Positions 54,818 through 64,000 of a stretch of DNA of 64,000 bases are shown here, piece by piece (the stretch's first letter is position 1; every line of letters starts with the position of its first letter). The notes beneath the pieces are model-generated. The model saw only the letters and a program-made list of their open reading frames with translations. It was not told where the DNA came from and did not search any database. A program made the position numbers and the translations under genes. This stretch comes from an uncultured Bacteroidales bacterium (GTDB taxonomy: Bacteria; Bacteroidota; Bacteroidia; Bacteroidales; UBA12077), in NCBI GenBank assembly GCA_964450375.1, contig CAYVEW010000002.1, positions 8,449-72,448 of the forward strand, read 5' to 3'.

Positions 54818-56617
54818 ATGCAAAGTTTTTTTATATCCAATTTAATGAACACTATGAAAAAGTATTTTATTTTCGCTTTATTGCTCATTCCTGCATTAAG
54901 CCTATTCAGTCAACCAACAGAATGGCTTACCTATTACGAAAAATCTAATTTTCTGGAAACTCCAAGATACGATGAAAGTGTTGAATATAGTAAACAACTT
55001 GCATCAGCATCAGAGTTTATACATTATGCTTCTATTGGTGTTAGCCCACAAGGACGTGATATTCCGGTTTTGATTATTGATAAAAACAATAATTTTAATC
55101 CTGAAGCAGTAAAAAATTCAGGTAATGCCATATTATTTATCGAAGCATGTATTCATCCCGGCGAATCGGAAGGCAAAGATGCCGGGTTTATGTTAATACG
55201 CGATATAATAATTCATGAAAAGTATCCTGAATTACTTGAAAATACAACTGTTTTATTTATTCCGATACTAAATGTCGACGGGCACGAACGTTTTAGTCCA
55301 TACAGCAGAATTAACCAGAACGGGCCAAAAGAAATGGGATGGCGCACAACCGCCCAGAACTATAATATGAATAGAGATTTTGTTAAAGCAGACTCACCTG
55401 AGATGAGATACTGGTTAAAGTTCTTTAATCAATGGATGCCAGATATGTTTATCGATATTCATACTACCGATGGTGCCGATTACGAATATTCCCTTACTTA
55501 CGCCATGCACAATATGGGCGACATGAGCATAGAGCACACCAACTGGCAAAACAATTACCTCACAAAAGTCGAAAAGAAACTTGAAAAAGATGATGTACTG
55601 ATATTTCCCTATGTTTCTTTCAGACGCTGGCACGATCCGCGCAGTGGATTAGTAAGAAGAACAGCTTCTCCGCGCTTTTCAACCGGTTATCTTGCAAGTC
55701 AAAACCGCCCGGCTTTATTGGTTGAAACGCATATGCTAAAAGATTATAAAACCCGTGTAGATGCTACCTACCATTTATTACGCCATACCATTGAAATAAT
55801 CGACAAAGAGCATAAAGACTTACAAGAAATTAATCAGAAAGCGGATATAGAAGCGGCAAAGCTTGCTGGAAAAGAATTTACATTAGATTATTATACGTCA
55901 CAACATGATAGTACAACTGTAAAATTTAAAGGAGTTGATTATGATATTGTAACAAGCGATCTAACTAATGGCGATTGGATTCAGTTTAGAGATAAACCCA
56001 AGGAATATGAATTGGTATTGTTCGAAAAATTAATGAAAGGAGAAACAGTTGATTTGCCAGAAGCTTATATCATTCCGGTTGAGTGGTCTGATGTTATTGA
56101 TCGCTTGCAACTGCACGGTATAGAATTTAAGGTTCTAGATAAGGATAAGAAAATGAATGTATCTAGCTATAAATTTTCGAATGTACAATTTGCAAACTTT
56201 CCATTTGAAGGACGCCAGATGGTTAGAAATTTTAACTACGAAACCATAAACATCGAAAAAGAGTTTAAAAAAGGTTCTGTTATAGTTCCAGTTAACCAGC
56301 GATCGGCAAAACTTATTGCACACTTATTAGAGCCTGCCGGACCCGATTCATTTATTCGTTGGGGATTTTTTAACACAATTTTCGAACGTAAAGAGTATGT
56401 TGAAACCTATGTGATGGAAAAAATGGCTCGGGAAATGATTAAAGATAACCCTGAACTAAAAATTCAATTCGAGAAAGCAGTTGAAGAAAATCCTGAATTA
56501 TATAGTAATCAATGGGCAAAATTATACTGGTTTTTCGAACGCACTCCTTATTGGGATCAGCAAAAAGATGTATATCCCGTTGGAAGAATTTTTAATTTAG
56601 AAACCCTAAGTAATTAA
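54818..56617 (+). CDS. M14 family zinc carboxypeptidase, secreted
   Basis: 599 aa. Zinc ligands in HPGESEG (HxxE) and IDIHTTDG. Substrate motif NMNRDF. NVDGHER. The likely start is MKKYFIF (about 54854). Confidence 0.8.
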   Translation: MQSFFISNLMNTMKKYFIFALLLIPALSLFSQPTEWLTYYEKSNFLETPRYDESVEYSKQLASASEFIHYASIGVSPQGRDIPVLIIDKNNNFNPEAVKNSGNAILFIEACIHPGESEGKDAGFMLIRDIIIHEKYPELLENTTVLFIPILNVDGHERFSPYSRINQNGPKEMGWRTTAQNYNMNRDFVKADSPEMRYWLKFFNQWMPDMFIDIHTTDGADYEYSLTYAMHNMGDMSIEHTNWQNNYLTKVEKKLEKDDVLIFPYVSFRRWHDPRSGLVRRTASPRFSTGYLASQNRPALLVETHMLKDYKTRVDATYHLLRHTIEIIDKEHKDLQEINQKADIEAAKLAGKEFTLDYYTSQHDSTTVKFKGVDYDIVTSDLTNGDWIQFRDKPKEYELVLFEKLMKGETVDLPEAYIIPVEWSDVIDRLQLHGIEFKVLDKDKKMNVSSYKFSNVQFANFPFEGRQMVRNFNYETINIEKEFKKGSVIVPVNQRSAKLIAHLLEPAGPDSFIRWGFFNTIFERKEYVETYVMEKMAREMIKDNPELKIQFEKAVEENPELYSNQWAKLYWFFERTPYWDQQKDVYPVGRIFNLETLSN

Positions 56618-56705
56618 AATAGTGTTACTATAATTTTACCATCTGTTTGATAAAATGTAATTTTATAAGCTATTAAATCATCTTAAAAAATTAATACAAA
56701 TTCAT

Positions 56706-58757
56706 ATGAAAAAGACCTATCTACTAATTTTAACAATGATCGTGATGGTATTTACACATTGTACAAATACCGAAAAAAATGAACCAAACGATCTAAAAAA
56801 CATTAATGAGCAAATGGTAAATGAAACCACTACAGCAATTCTTGATAAAACAGATGCAGCAGACCAGAAAATTATTAAGCGCGGTGTGGCACATGCAGCA
56901 TCATTATGGCGTACTTCCGACGGTACACCCCAGGAGTTCAAGCAATTCTGTATTGATAACTTTATAGCCGACCAGGCTGAAAAAGAACTTGTTTTTAATA
57001 AGATAGCGAATAACTTCGAGTCGCTTTGGGGGCATAACAACAAAATAGTTCTGGATCTAACCAAAAATATGCACGAAAACAACGGGCCTTTTCATAAAGT
57101 TGATGCCATGTTTGCTTCGTATAGCCCAGACGCTCATTTTTCGAACGATTTTTATAAGAATAAAATTGCTTTTGTAATTGCGTTAAACTTTCCTCCTTAT
57201 TCGTTAGATGAAAAGAATGAGTTAGGAAAAAACTGGGATTCGTTACAATGGGCATATGCTCGTTTGGGTGATGTTTTTGAAGCCCGTGTGCCAGCCGAAT
57301 TATCACAGGAAATTAATAATGCAAATACTAATTCAGAAATCTACATTGCTGATTACAATATTTACATGGGGCATCTTTTAAATAAAGACAGCCAGAAGCT
57401 TTTCCCTGAGGATATGATTTTACTTTCGCACTGGAACTTGCGTGATGAAATTAAATCGAACTATGCAAATAAAGATAACGGACTTGAGAAACAGGATATG
57501 GTTTATGCTGTAATGAAACACATTGTAAATCAAACCATTCCCGAAAAAGTTATCAACTCAGGAGAATATGACTGGAATCCACTGGATAATAAAGTTTATC
57601 AAAACGACCAGGAAGTTCAGTTAACGGCTGAACCCGATACCCGTTATCAGATGATTTTGGATAATTTCCATGCCATGAAAGCAACAGACGAGTATTATTC
57701 CGAATACAATACCTTTATTAAAAGAGCTTTTTCGGGTTCTAAAGAAATTCCACAAACAGAAGTAGAAAAACTATTTGATGAGTATTTGTCGTCACCTGTT
57801 GCTAAACAAGTTGGTGAGTTAATTAAAAAACGCTTAGGACGCGATTTACGCCCTTACGATATTTGGTACGATGGTTTTAAAGCGCGTAGCTCTATTTCAG
57901 AAGAAACCTTAAATGAACTAACACAAAAGAAATATCCTGATGCAGAAGCACTGGAAGCCGATTTGGGAAACATTCTTAAAAAACTGGGATGGGAAAAGAA
58001 CCGAGCCGAGTTTATAGCATCGAAAGTAGAAGTAGATCCTGCACGCGGATCTGGACATGCCTGGGGAGCAGCTATGAAAGCAGAAAATGCTCATTTACGA
58101 ACCCGAATTTCCGAAAAAGGAATGGATTATAAAGGTTATAATATTGCCATTCATGAATTTGGCCACAATGTGGAACAAACCATTTCGTTACACGATGTGG
58201 ATAATTATATGATTAATGGTGTTCCAAATACAGCATTTACAGAAGCTTTAGCTTTCATTTTCCAAAAAAGAGATTTGCAATTACTTGGATTTACCAATAA
58301 CGATGCGAACAAAGAATATCTGCAAACCCTTGATTTATACTGGAGTGTTTTCGAAATTATGGGTGTTTCTATGGTTGATATGAAAGTTTGGAAGTGGTTA
58401 TACGAAAATCCGGATGCAACAGCTACCGATTTAAAAAATGCAAGCGTTCAAATAGCAAAAGATGTGTGGAATAAATACTATGCCGATGTATATGGCTGCT
58501 CTGATGAACCTATTCTAGCTATTTATTCGCACATGATTAATTCACCATTGTATTTGGCTAACTATTCATTCGGCCATTTAATTGATTTCCAGATCGAACA
58601 GTATTTGGTTGGCAAAAACTTTTCCGATGAGGTAGATCGAATTTGGAGTATTGGTCGTGTTACACCACAAATATGGATGCAAAAAGCAGTTGGTGAAAAC
58701 ATTTCTATAAAGCCAATGATTGCAGCTACCGAAGAAGCTTTGAAATATGTTAATTAA
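56706..58757 (+). CDS. putative zinc metallopeptidase lipoprotein (HEXXH, gluzincin-like)
   Basis: 683 aa. Lipobox VFTHC. IAIHEFGHNVEQT, with a downstream FTEALAFIF as a possible third ligand. Family not recognised. Confidence 0.5.
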   Translation: MKKTYLLILTMIVMVFTHCTNTEKNEPNDLKNINEQMVNETTTAILDKTDAADQKIIKRGVAHAASLWRTSDGTPQEFKQFCIDNFIADQAEKELVFNKIANNFESLWGHNNKIVLDLTKNMHENNGPFHKVDAMFASYSPDAHFSNDFYKNKIAFVIALNFPPYSLDEKNELGKNWDSLQWAYARLGDVFEARVPAELSQEINNANTNSEIYIADYNIYMGHLLNKDSQKLFPEDMILLSHWNLRDEIKSNYANKDNGLEKQDMVYAVMKHIVNQTIPEKVINSGEYDWNPLDNKVYQNDQEVQLTAEPDTRYQMILDNFHAMKATDEYYSEYNTFIKRAFSGSKEIPQTEVEKLFDEYLSSPVAKQVGELIKKRLGRDLRPYDIWYDGFKARSSISEETLNELTQKKYPDAEALEADLGNILKKLGWEKNRAEFIASKVEVDPARGSGHAWGAAMKAENAHLRTRISEKGMDYKGYNIAIHEFGHNVEQTISLHDVDNYMINGVPNTAFTEALAFIFQKRDLQLLGFTNNDANKEYLQTLDLYWSVFEIMGVSMVDMKVWKWLYENPDATATDLKNASVQIAKDVWNKYYADVYGCSDEPILAIYSHMINSPLYLANYSFGHLIDFQIEQYLVGKNFSDEVDRIWSIGRVTPQIWMQKAVGENISIKPMIAATEEALKYVN

Positions 58758-58778
58758 ATGATATACTGAAAGTTATAA

Positions 58779-58807
58779 GGGTTAGCAATAAAAGCTAACC
58801 CTTTTTT
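58779..58807 (+). terminator. intrinsic terminator
   Basis: gggttagc-aataaaa-gctaaccc, followed by ttttttg. Confidence 0.75.
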
Positions 58808-58985
58808 GTTTATATATAGATATAACTATTCTGATCTTTTCCAAAGTTCTAAACTTTTGAAAAGTCATTATAAAAAATGAAATAATTACTTGGAATTTTT
58901 TAGTCTCTTTTCTTTTTTAAATGCTGTTATATCTTATTTCCTGTTTTTTTTATATCTTTAACCGTTGGCAAGAAAACATAATACT

Positions 58986-60863
58986 ATGAGCGCACAATTT
59001 TCACTAAAAGCTAAATTTGGGATGATCCCCAAAACTTCAATTCTTGAAGAAAAGGAAAATAAATTAAAACAGGATTATGAAGAGTTTAAAGCTTTCTCAG
59101 AATCTGAAGAACTAGCTCGTTTTAAGCAACTGGATGCATTTGTAAATTCAAACGAATTTGAGCAAGCTAAGAAGGAAATAAATGCTAAAAAGTATCCCGG
59201 TTCGGAACCTGCTGAAAAAGAAAAGAAGTATAAAGAGCTTAAAAAATCGAAAAAGATAAAAACCTATTACCAGGTAAAGGACTCCAAAGAGCTCACTGAT
59301 TATAATTCGTTCAAAGACTCGGAAAAACTTGCCAATTACGAAGAGTTAAACCAATTTTTTGCATCCCCGGAATTTGATGAGTTTAAAAAATCTCTTGTAC
59401 AACAAAAAGAAGAGAAAACAAAAATCATCAAAGAAAAACAAGCTAATTATAAAAATCTTAAGAAAAAATATAAATGGTTTTTTACTTTAAAAGACTCTAA
59501 GCAACTTTCTGAATTTATTGCATTTAAAGATTCGAAAGATTTAGTAAATTTTTTAAGTTTAAAAGAATATATCGACTCTGTAAATTTTGATTCGCTTGAT
59601 AAAAAAGAAAATGTTGAAGAGTTTACAAAACTAAAGGAATTTAAATCGCTGGAAAAATCATCAAAAATTAAGAATTACTTTAAATTTAAAGACTCCGAAA
59701 AATACGCTAACTACCTAAAATTAGATGGTTCTGAAGAAATTGATAACTTCATCGAACTGGAACAAGAAGTAAATTCAGATGAATTTAAAAGTCATATTCA
59801 GGAAGTAAAGAATATGAAGTTCCAAAATACCGATGAATTTAAAAAGCTGCAAGAATACAAAAAGCTAAAGAAATCTCAGGATATTAAACAGTATTACAAG
59901 TTTAAAGAGTCTGAAAAGCTGGCAATTTACAATGAACTACACGACTCGCAACAAATTGCTGATTTTGAGCAATTAGAAGCGTATATTAATTCAGATGAAT
60001 TTAAAGAAGAAAAAAAATATCTACAAACCAAAGATAAATTCAAGCTTTCTGACGAATTTAAGCAAGCCGAAGAGTATAAAGAATTGAAAAAATCTGAGAA
60101 AATACAATGGTATCAGAAACTTGAAAAGAAAAACGATTTTGACAAATTACTTGAATGGAACCTTACTTTCGAAGATGATTTTGAAGGAAATAAACTGGAT
60201 TCGGAAAAATGGATGAGTGGTTACTATTGGGGTAAAAACTTACTAAACGATGATTATGTGCTGGTAACAGAAAAACAATTTTTTAAGGAATCGAATCTGG
60301 AGCTTACAAACAGCAATCTAAAAATTATTACGAAAACCGAAAACACCAAAGGTAAAGTATGGGATCCTGCATTGGGATTCTACGAAAAGGAATTTAGCTA
60401 TACATCTGGTTTAATTAATACGGGCCAGTTTTTCAGGCAACAATACGGTTTATTTAAAGCTAAAATTAAACTAAACCACTCCTATCCTGTTCATCATGCC
60501 TTTTGGATGCTGGGCGAAAAAATAACACCCGAAATTGATGTTTTTAAATATGGAAATAAATCTGCATCTAAAGTGGAAGTTGCCAATTATTGGAATGGCG
60601 AAGGTTCTATTAAACAGCATAAAAAGGCTTTAGGCGGATTAAACTTCTCGAAAGATTATTATATTTATTCTTTGGAATGGACTCCCGAAAAGCTTACCTG
60701 GAAAATTAACGATGTGGTTTTATACGAACAAACACAGGGTATTCCAACAGAACCAATGTACATTATTTTAAGTTCAGGAATACTAAAGGATGCTAATTTT
60801 AACGGGCAAGCTACTATGGAAGTTGACTGGGTTAAAGCATATGAGAAAAATACCAATGCTTAA
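58986..60863 (+). CDS. repeat-rich helical protein with a C-terminal GH16-like (concanavalin/LamG fold) domain
   Basis: The ATG at 58986 (MSAQFSLKAKF) is preferred over the TTG at 58965. There are about five 70-75-aa repeats (..YKELKKSKKIKTYYQVKDS..). The C-terminus has FEDDFEGNKLDSEKW, YGLFKAKIKL, HAFWMLG, PEIDVFKY and YSLEWTPEKLTW, i.e. the GH16 order of motifs. No signal peptide. Confidence 0.65.
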   Translation: MSAQFSLKAKFGMIPKTSILEEKENKLKQDYEEFKAFSESEELARFKQLDAFVNSNEFEQAKKEINAKKYPGSEPAEKEKKYKELKKSKKIKTYYQVKDSKELTDYNSFKDSEKLANYEELNQFFASPEFDEFKKSLVQQKEEKTKIIKEKQANYKNLKKKYKWFFTLKDSKQLSEFIAFKDSKDLVNFLSLKEYIDSVNFDSLDKKENVEEFTKLKEFKSLEKSSKIKNYFKFKDSEKYANYLKLDGSEEIDNFIELEQEVNSDEFKSHIQEVKNMKFQNTDEFKKLQEYKKLKKSQDIKQYYKFKESEKLAIYNELHDSQQIADFEQLEAYINSDEFKEEKKYLQTKDKFKLSDEFKQAEEYKELKKSEKIQWYQKLEKKNDFDKLLEWNLTFEDDFEGNKLDSEKWMSGYYWGKNLLNDDYVLVTEKQFFKESNLELTNSNLKIITKTENTKGKVWDPALGFYEKEFSYTSGLINTGQFFRQQYGLFKAKIKLNHSYPVHHAFWMLGEKITPEIDVFKYGNKSASKVEVANYWNGEGSIKQHKKALGGLNFSKDYYIYSLEWTPEKLTWKINDVVLYEQTQGIPTEPMYIILSSGILKDANFNGQATMEVDWVKAYEKNTNA

Positions 60864-62434
60864 TCTTCTTGTTTGATTGCATCAAGCTTTCGTTGTATCC
60901 GTATCAGTGCGTCTTCTAATGTTTCATTTGGAATAACATAATTGTACGTACCCCAAAACCTGCTATCGTACTTATAATTTTCATCAATAAAAATGTTATG
61001 GGTTCGTAGAACTTCTTTCCTGTCGAATCGTTCAATTTCAACTGTATCTATTTTATTTGCAGCAAATTCAAATACAGTGGTATAATTTGTAGAAAATAAC
61101 TGTCGTTTCTTTCTCACACTAAATTCTAGCTCACCTCGCACCATATTTAAAAAATATTTATCACCAATTTTTCGATAAGCTATTTGATATTGAACTTTTT
61201 CGGGCTTAACAATCGTTCGTCTGGTTCTCTTAACTACCAGGTTATTGCCCATTTGATCCAGAGCATCATTTGTAACACGAACATTAACCAATAGTATAGA
61301 TAAATCTTTTGAATTTAGATAGATTTCCCCTTCCAATGTATTATCTTCCAGGTAATATTTCGGTTTAAACGCAATTACATAAGCTACTTCGTTATTAAAC
61401 ATCACCATTTTTTTCAAACTATAGCTGAAAGACATAAAATACTCTTCCATCAAAAAATGTTGCGGATTTTTAATCAAATCTAAATACAAACTGGAATTTA
61501 AACCCCCTTTCAATTTAAAAGCTAGCGTATCATCTGCATTGTAAAAAAGGTTCTTACGACTTTTTAGCAATTTAACCTGATCAGAATAAATTCCTTCGTA
61601 CGGACTTTTATATACATCTATAATTGCTTCCGTAATAGACATAAGCTCCGATTTCTTATTCACATACTCTCTATAAAAAGCAGTTATTTCGTAAGGCTTA
61701 TTATAGTAGTTCTCTTCGAATTTATCTATGGCTTGCGATAAAAGCTTTTTTGCATCTTGTATTCTTATTACTGCCTCCTGAATTTTAAGTATGTCTTGTT
61801 CAAGAAATATCGAATTATTATAAAAGGATAAATCCTTTATGGGAATTACAGCATTTTTGTAACCAATATAAGAAACAGTCAAGTTTTCCTGAATTAATGA
61901 TACAGGAATTTTTAGCTTAAATCTGCCATTTTCATTGGTTATTGTACCATAAGTTCTTCCTTTAATTGCAATATTCGCAAAAGATAAATTTTCTCTGCTT
62001 ATTGCATCAATTACCTGTCCGTTCAACGTAATAATGCTATCAACAAAGCCATTTGTGTGGATGGCATTTAAGCTTTGAATCGTATTTTTTTTATAAATAA
62101 TGATTTGTTTGTCTAACTCGGCATAGGTAAGTGTGGAATCATTTATAATACTTTTTAGAATACTTTTTAACTCTACATTGTTAAAATCTCTTTTTATTTC
62201 TGATTTTGTTGAAACTAAATCGGGATTATACGAAAAATTGTAATTTACCTGCTCACCTATTTTCTGTAAAACACTTTCTAAGGGTTCATTCTTAATTTTA
62301 ATGGTAATTGTGGTATCTAAGATACTCGTTTGAGCTCTTACATTAGTAAAAATAAAAAGCATTAAAATTATGCCACACATAATTTTAATGCTTTTACGGT
62401 TATATATCTCTTGTAGGCTTACCATATATTTCAA
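60860..62434 (-). CDS. STN-like plus carboxypeptidase-regulatory-like domain protein without a TonB barrel
   Basis: 524 aa. Signal peptide (LMLFIFTNVRAQ). STN-like ITIKIKNEPLESVLQKIGEQVNYNFSYNPDL. CarboxypepD_reg LNGQVIDAISRENLSFANIAIKGRTYGTITNENGRFKLKI. The remaining ~330 aa lacks Plug and barrel-terminal motifs. Confidence 0.6.
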   Translation of the reverse strand: MKYMVSLQEIYNRKSIKIMCGIILMLFIFTNVRAQTSILDTTITIKIKNEPLESVLQKIGEQVNYNFSYNPDLVSTKSEIKRDFNNVELKSILKSIINDSTLTYAELDKQIIIYKKNTIQSLNAIHTNGFVDSIITLNGQVIDAISRENLSFANIAIKGRTYGTITNENGRFKLKIPVSLIQENLTVSYIGYKNAVIPIKDLSFYNNSIFLEQDILKIQEAVIRIQDAKKLLSQAIDKFEENYYNKPYEITAFYREYVNKKSELMSITEAIIDVYKSPYEGIYSDQVKLLKSRKNLFYNADDTLAFKLKGGLNSSLYLDLIKNPQHFLMEEYFMSFSYSLKKMVMFNNEVAYVIAFKPKYYLEDNTLEGEIYLNSKDLSILLVNVRVTNDALDQMGNNLVVKRTRRTIVKPEKVQYQIAYRKIGDKYFLNMVRGELEFSVRKKRQLFSTNYTTVFEFAANKIDTVEIERFDRKEVLRTHNIFIDENYKYDSRFWGTYNYVIPNETLEDALIRIQRKLDAIKQED

Positions 62435-62442
62435 ATATACGG

Positions 62443-63459
62443 TTAATTCATCTGCTTAACCAATTCTATTCCATCATTTGTTCGAAGGCTTTTTAAATTT
62501 AAGGTAAAACAAACTACATTTAAAATCGACTCTATTTCCTGATCTTTAAAAGTTGATGTATAGCTCAGATTCTTAATATCTGGATCGTTGGTGTAAATAT
62601 TTACTTTGTAGGTTTTGTTTAAGATGCTAATCACTTCTTCTAAACGATGTTTATTAAACACGATCTCTTTGGTTTTCCACGAAATAATGTTAGCATCTGT
62701 ATTTATTTCTTTTTTTAGATCGATATTCGTTAACTTACCCACATCACCAGGGTTTATAAGGATTTTCTCATTCTCTTTATTTTTTCGGGCTAACTGAACT
62801 AAACCGGTTTCAACATAAACCTGCACTTCGTGGTTTGGCAAATTAGCATTTACGTTAAAAGTTGTACCTAAAACTCTCACTTCTGCATCGTTTGATTCAA
62901 TAATAAATGGCTTTTCCTGGTTTTTTGTTACCTCAAAAAAAGCTTCACCTTTTAGCTCAACTCTTCGTTCATTAGCAGCAAACTTTTTAGGAAATGTTAC
63001 ATAACTTCCTGAGTTTAAATAAATTTTACTTCCATCGGGTAATATAACTTCTTTTCCTTGCTCGGTATTTTCAGCGTATATTTTCGTACTACTGATGTTA
63101 TTAATTACTTTATTAGCTGTAAAACCAAGTCCTAAAACAACCAATATTATTGCAGCATACTGTAATATCCTGGTAAAATTTATTTTTCGGACTTTTGTGC
63201 CTTCTTCGCTGATTACTTGCTCTTCATCCTCTAAAATACGGTTTTTAACCTTATTCCATGCCGAATCTACATTTACTTTATTCATTGATTTACTTAAATT
63301 TAATAGTTCTAAATCTTTTTTTACCTGATTAAACAATATTTTATTTTCTTCGTTCTGATTTACCCAATTCATCAGCTCTTCAATCTCTTGCCGATTGCAT
63401 TCTTCTGAATAATATTTTGCAATCAAATCCCAATTTATTATGTTTTTTTGTTTTTCCAT
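62443..63459 (-). CDS. FecR family anti-sigma factor / transmembrane sensor
   Basis: 338 aa. N-terminal anti-sigma segment, one TM (ILQYAAIILVVLGLGF), the FecR beta domain (VELKGEAFFEV...VRVLGTTFNV) and a C-terminal DUF4974-like segment (LEEVISILNKTYKVNI). Confidence 0.85.
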   Translation of the reverse strand: MEKQKNIINWDLIAKYYSEECNRQEIEELMNWVNQNEENKILFNQVKKDLELLNLSKSMNKVNVDSAWNKVKNRILEDEEQVISEEGTKVRKINFTRILQYAAIILVVLGLGFTANKVINNISSTKIYAENTEQGKEVILPDGSKIYLNSGSYVTFPKKFAANERRVELKGEAFFEVTKNQEKPFIIESNDAEVRVLGTTFNVNANLPNHEVQVYVETGLVQLARKNKENEKILINPGDVGKLTNIDLKKEINTDANIISWKTKEIVFNKHRLEEVISILNKTYKVNIYTNDPDIKNLSYTSTFKDQEIESILNVVCFTLNLKSLRTNDGIELVKQMN

Positions 63460-63473
63460 GACTTCCCCTTTTT

Positions 63474-64000
63474 TTAAACAACTTCTGCATATTCCTTTAA
63501 GTACAACCTAAACTGTTTTAAGGCTTTACCCATATTTGCTTCTACTGTTTTAATTGAAATGGATAACTTTTCAGCTATTTCATGATACTTTAGTCCTTCA
63601 TCCCTGCTCATTTTAAATATGAGCCGGCTTTTTTCCGGTAACGAGCTTAGTGCTTTATCAATGATCTCGCTTAATTCTTTTGCATTCAGTTCATCAACAG
63701 GACTAATACTATCATTCACATAATGAGATTTATAATAGTTTTCGTATTTAATATTCAAAGATTTTGTTCTAAGTTCTTGTAGGCAGTTATTCCGAACCGC
63801 CGTAAATAAGTACGATTTTAAAGATGTTTTTATATTCAGATTCTCCCTGTTTTTCCATATATTGTAAAAAGTATCTTGTACAATTTCTTCAGCTAGTTCG
63901 ATACTTTTCAGATATTTTGTTCCAAACTGGCATAATTGCTCGTAATATTCTTTAAAGAGAATCTCAAATTTACCGATATCACCTTCTTTAATCTTACTAA
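63474..64000 (-). CDS. ECF-type RNA polymerase sigma-70 factor, 5' end outside the window
   Basis: Hand translation shows the frame stays open upstream of the track ORF to the window edge. Region 2: ..FEILFKEYYEQLCQFGTKYLKSIELAEEIVQDTFYNIWKNRENL...YLFTAVRNNCLQELR. Region 4: LPEKSRLIFKMSRDEGLKYHEIAEKLSISIKTVEANMGKAL. Confidence 0.85.
   Translation of the reverse strand, partial: SKIKEGDIGKFEILFKEYYEQLCQFGTKYLKSIELAEEIVQDTFYNIWKNRENLNIKTSLKSYLFTAVRNNCLQELRTKSLNIKYENYYKSHYVNDSISPVDELNAKELSEIIDKALSSLPEKSRLIFKMSRDEGLKYHEIAEKLSISIKTVEANMGKALKQFRLYLKEYAEVV

Noticed and set aside
1-64000. Search by eye for CRISPR arrays, tRNA/rRNA genes, transposases, integrases, toxin-antitoxin pairs and defence-island hallmarks
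   Set aside because: I saw no regularly spaced repeat arrays and no GC-rich cloverleaf-like intergenic segments. I also saw no DDE/tyrosine-recombinase, helicase, methyltransferase-restriction or STAND-ATPase motifs. The only nuclease-like gene is the small GIY-YIG.

Overview
This is a low-GC, densely packed chromosomal segment of Bacteroidota type. The assignment rests on FecR/ECF modules, CarboxypepD_reg-type TonB-dependent receptors with a DUF4249-like partner, a choice-of-anchor-L domain, fasciclin repeats, TAnnTTTG-like -7 boxes and little sign of Shine-Dalgarno sites. I support about 53 protein-coding genes and several hairpin terminators. I also support one triple-operator regulatory site and two classes of short hairpin repeats. 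I saw no rRNA, tRNA, CRISPR array, transposase, integrase or recognisable phage or defence ATPase/nuclease cassette, so this looks like ordinary envelope and metabolic chromosome rather than a mobile island.

The content is dominated by envelope and proteolysis functions:
- a thioester alpha-2-macroglobulin, an M23 peptidase and PBP1C;
- a BlaI plus M56 BlaR1-like pair;
- M19, S9, M14, CPBP and an HEXXH lipoprotein;
- transporters (two SSS symporters, a Kv-type channel, a TonB-dependent receptor operon);
- housekeeping genes (rnhA, msrA, pcm).

The items most worth a second look are:
1. the A2M / M23 / pbpC locus, interrupted by a repeat-flanked GIY-YIG cassette;
2. a single ORF encoding two fused, divergent adenylate kinase domains;
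3. an apparently orphan darA-darB-like dialkylresorcinol pair;
4. an ECF sigma / FecR module whose STN-bearing partner is too short to have a TonB barrel;
5. a Cys-rich mini-lipoprotein coupled to a MauE-thioredoxin fusion;
6. a signal-peptide-less GH16-like protein with five roughly 73-aa repeats and a missing acid/base Glu.

None of these is demonstrated to be a new system. All functional calls come from motif recognition by eye, without database searches.
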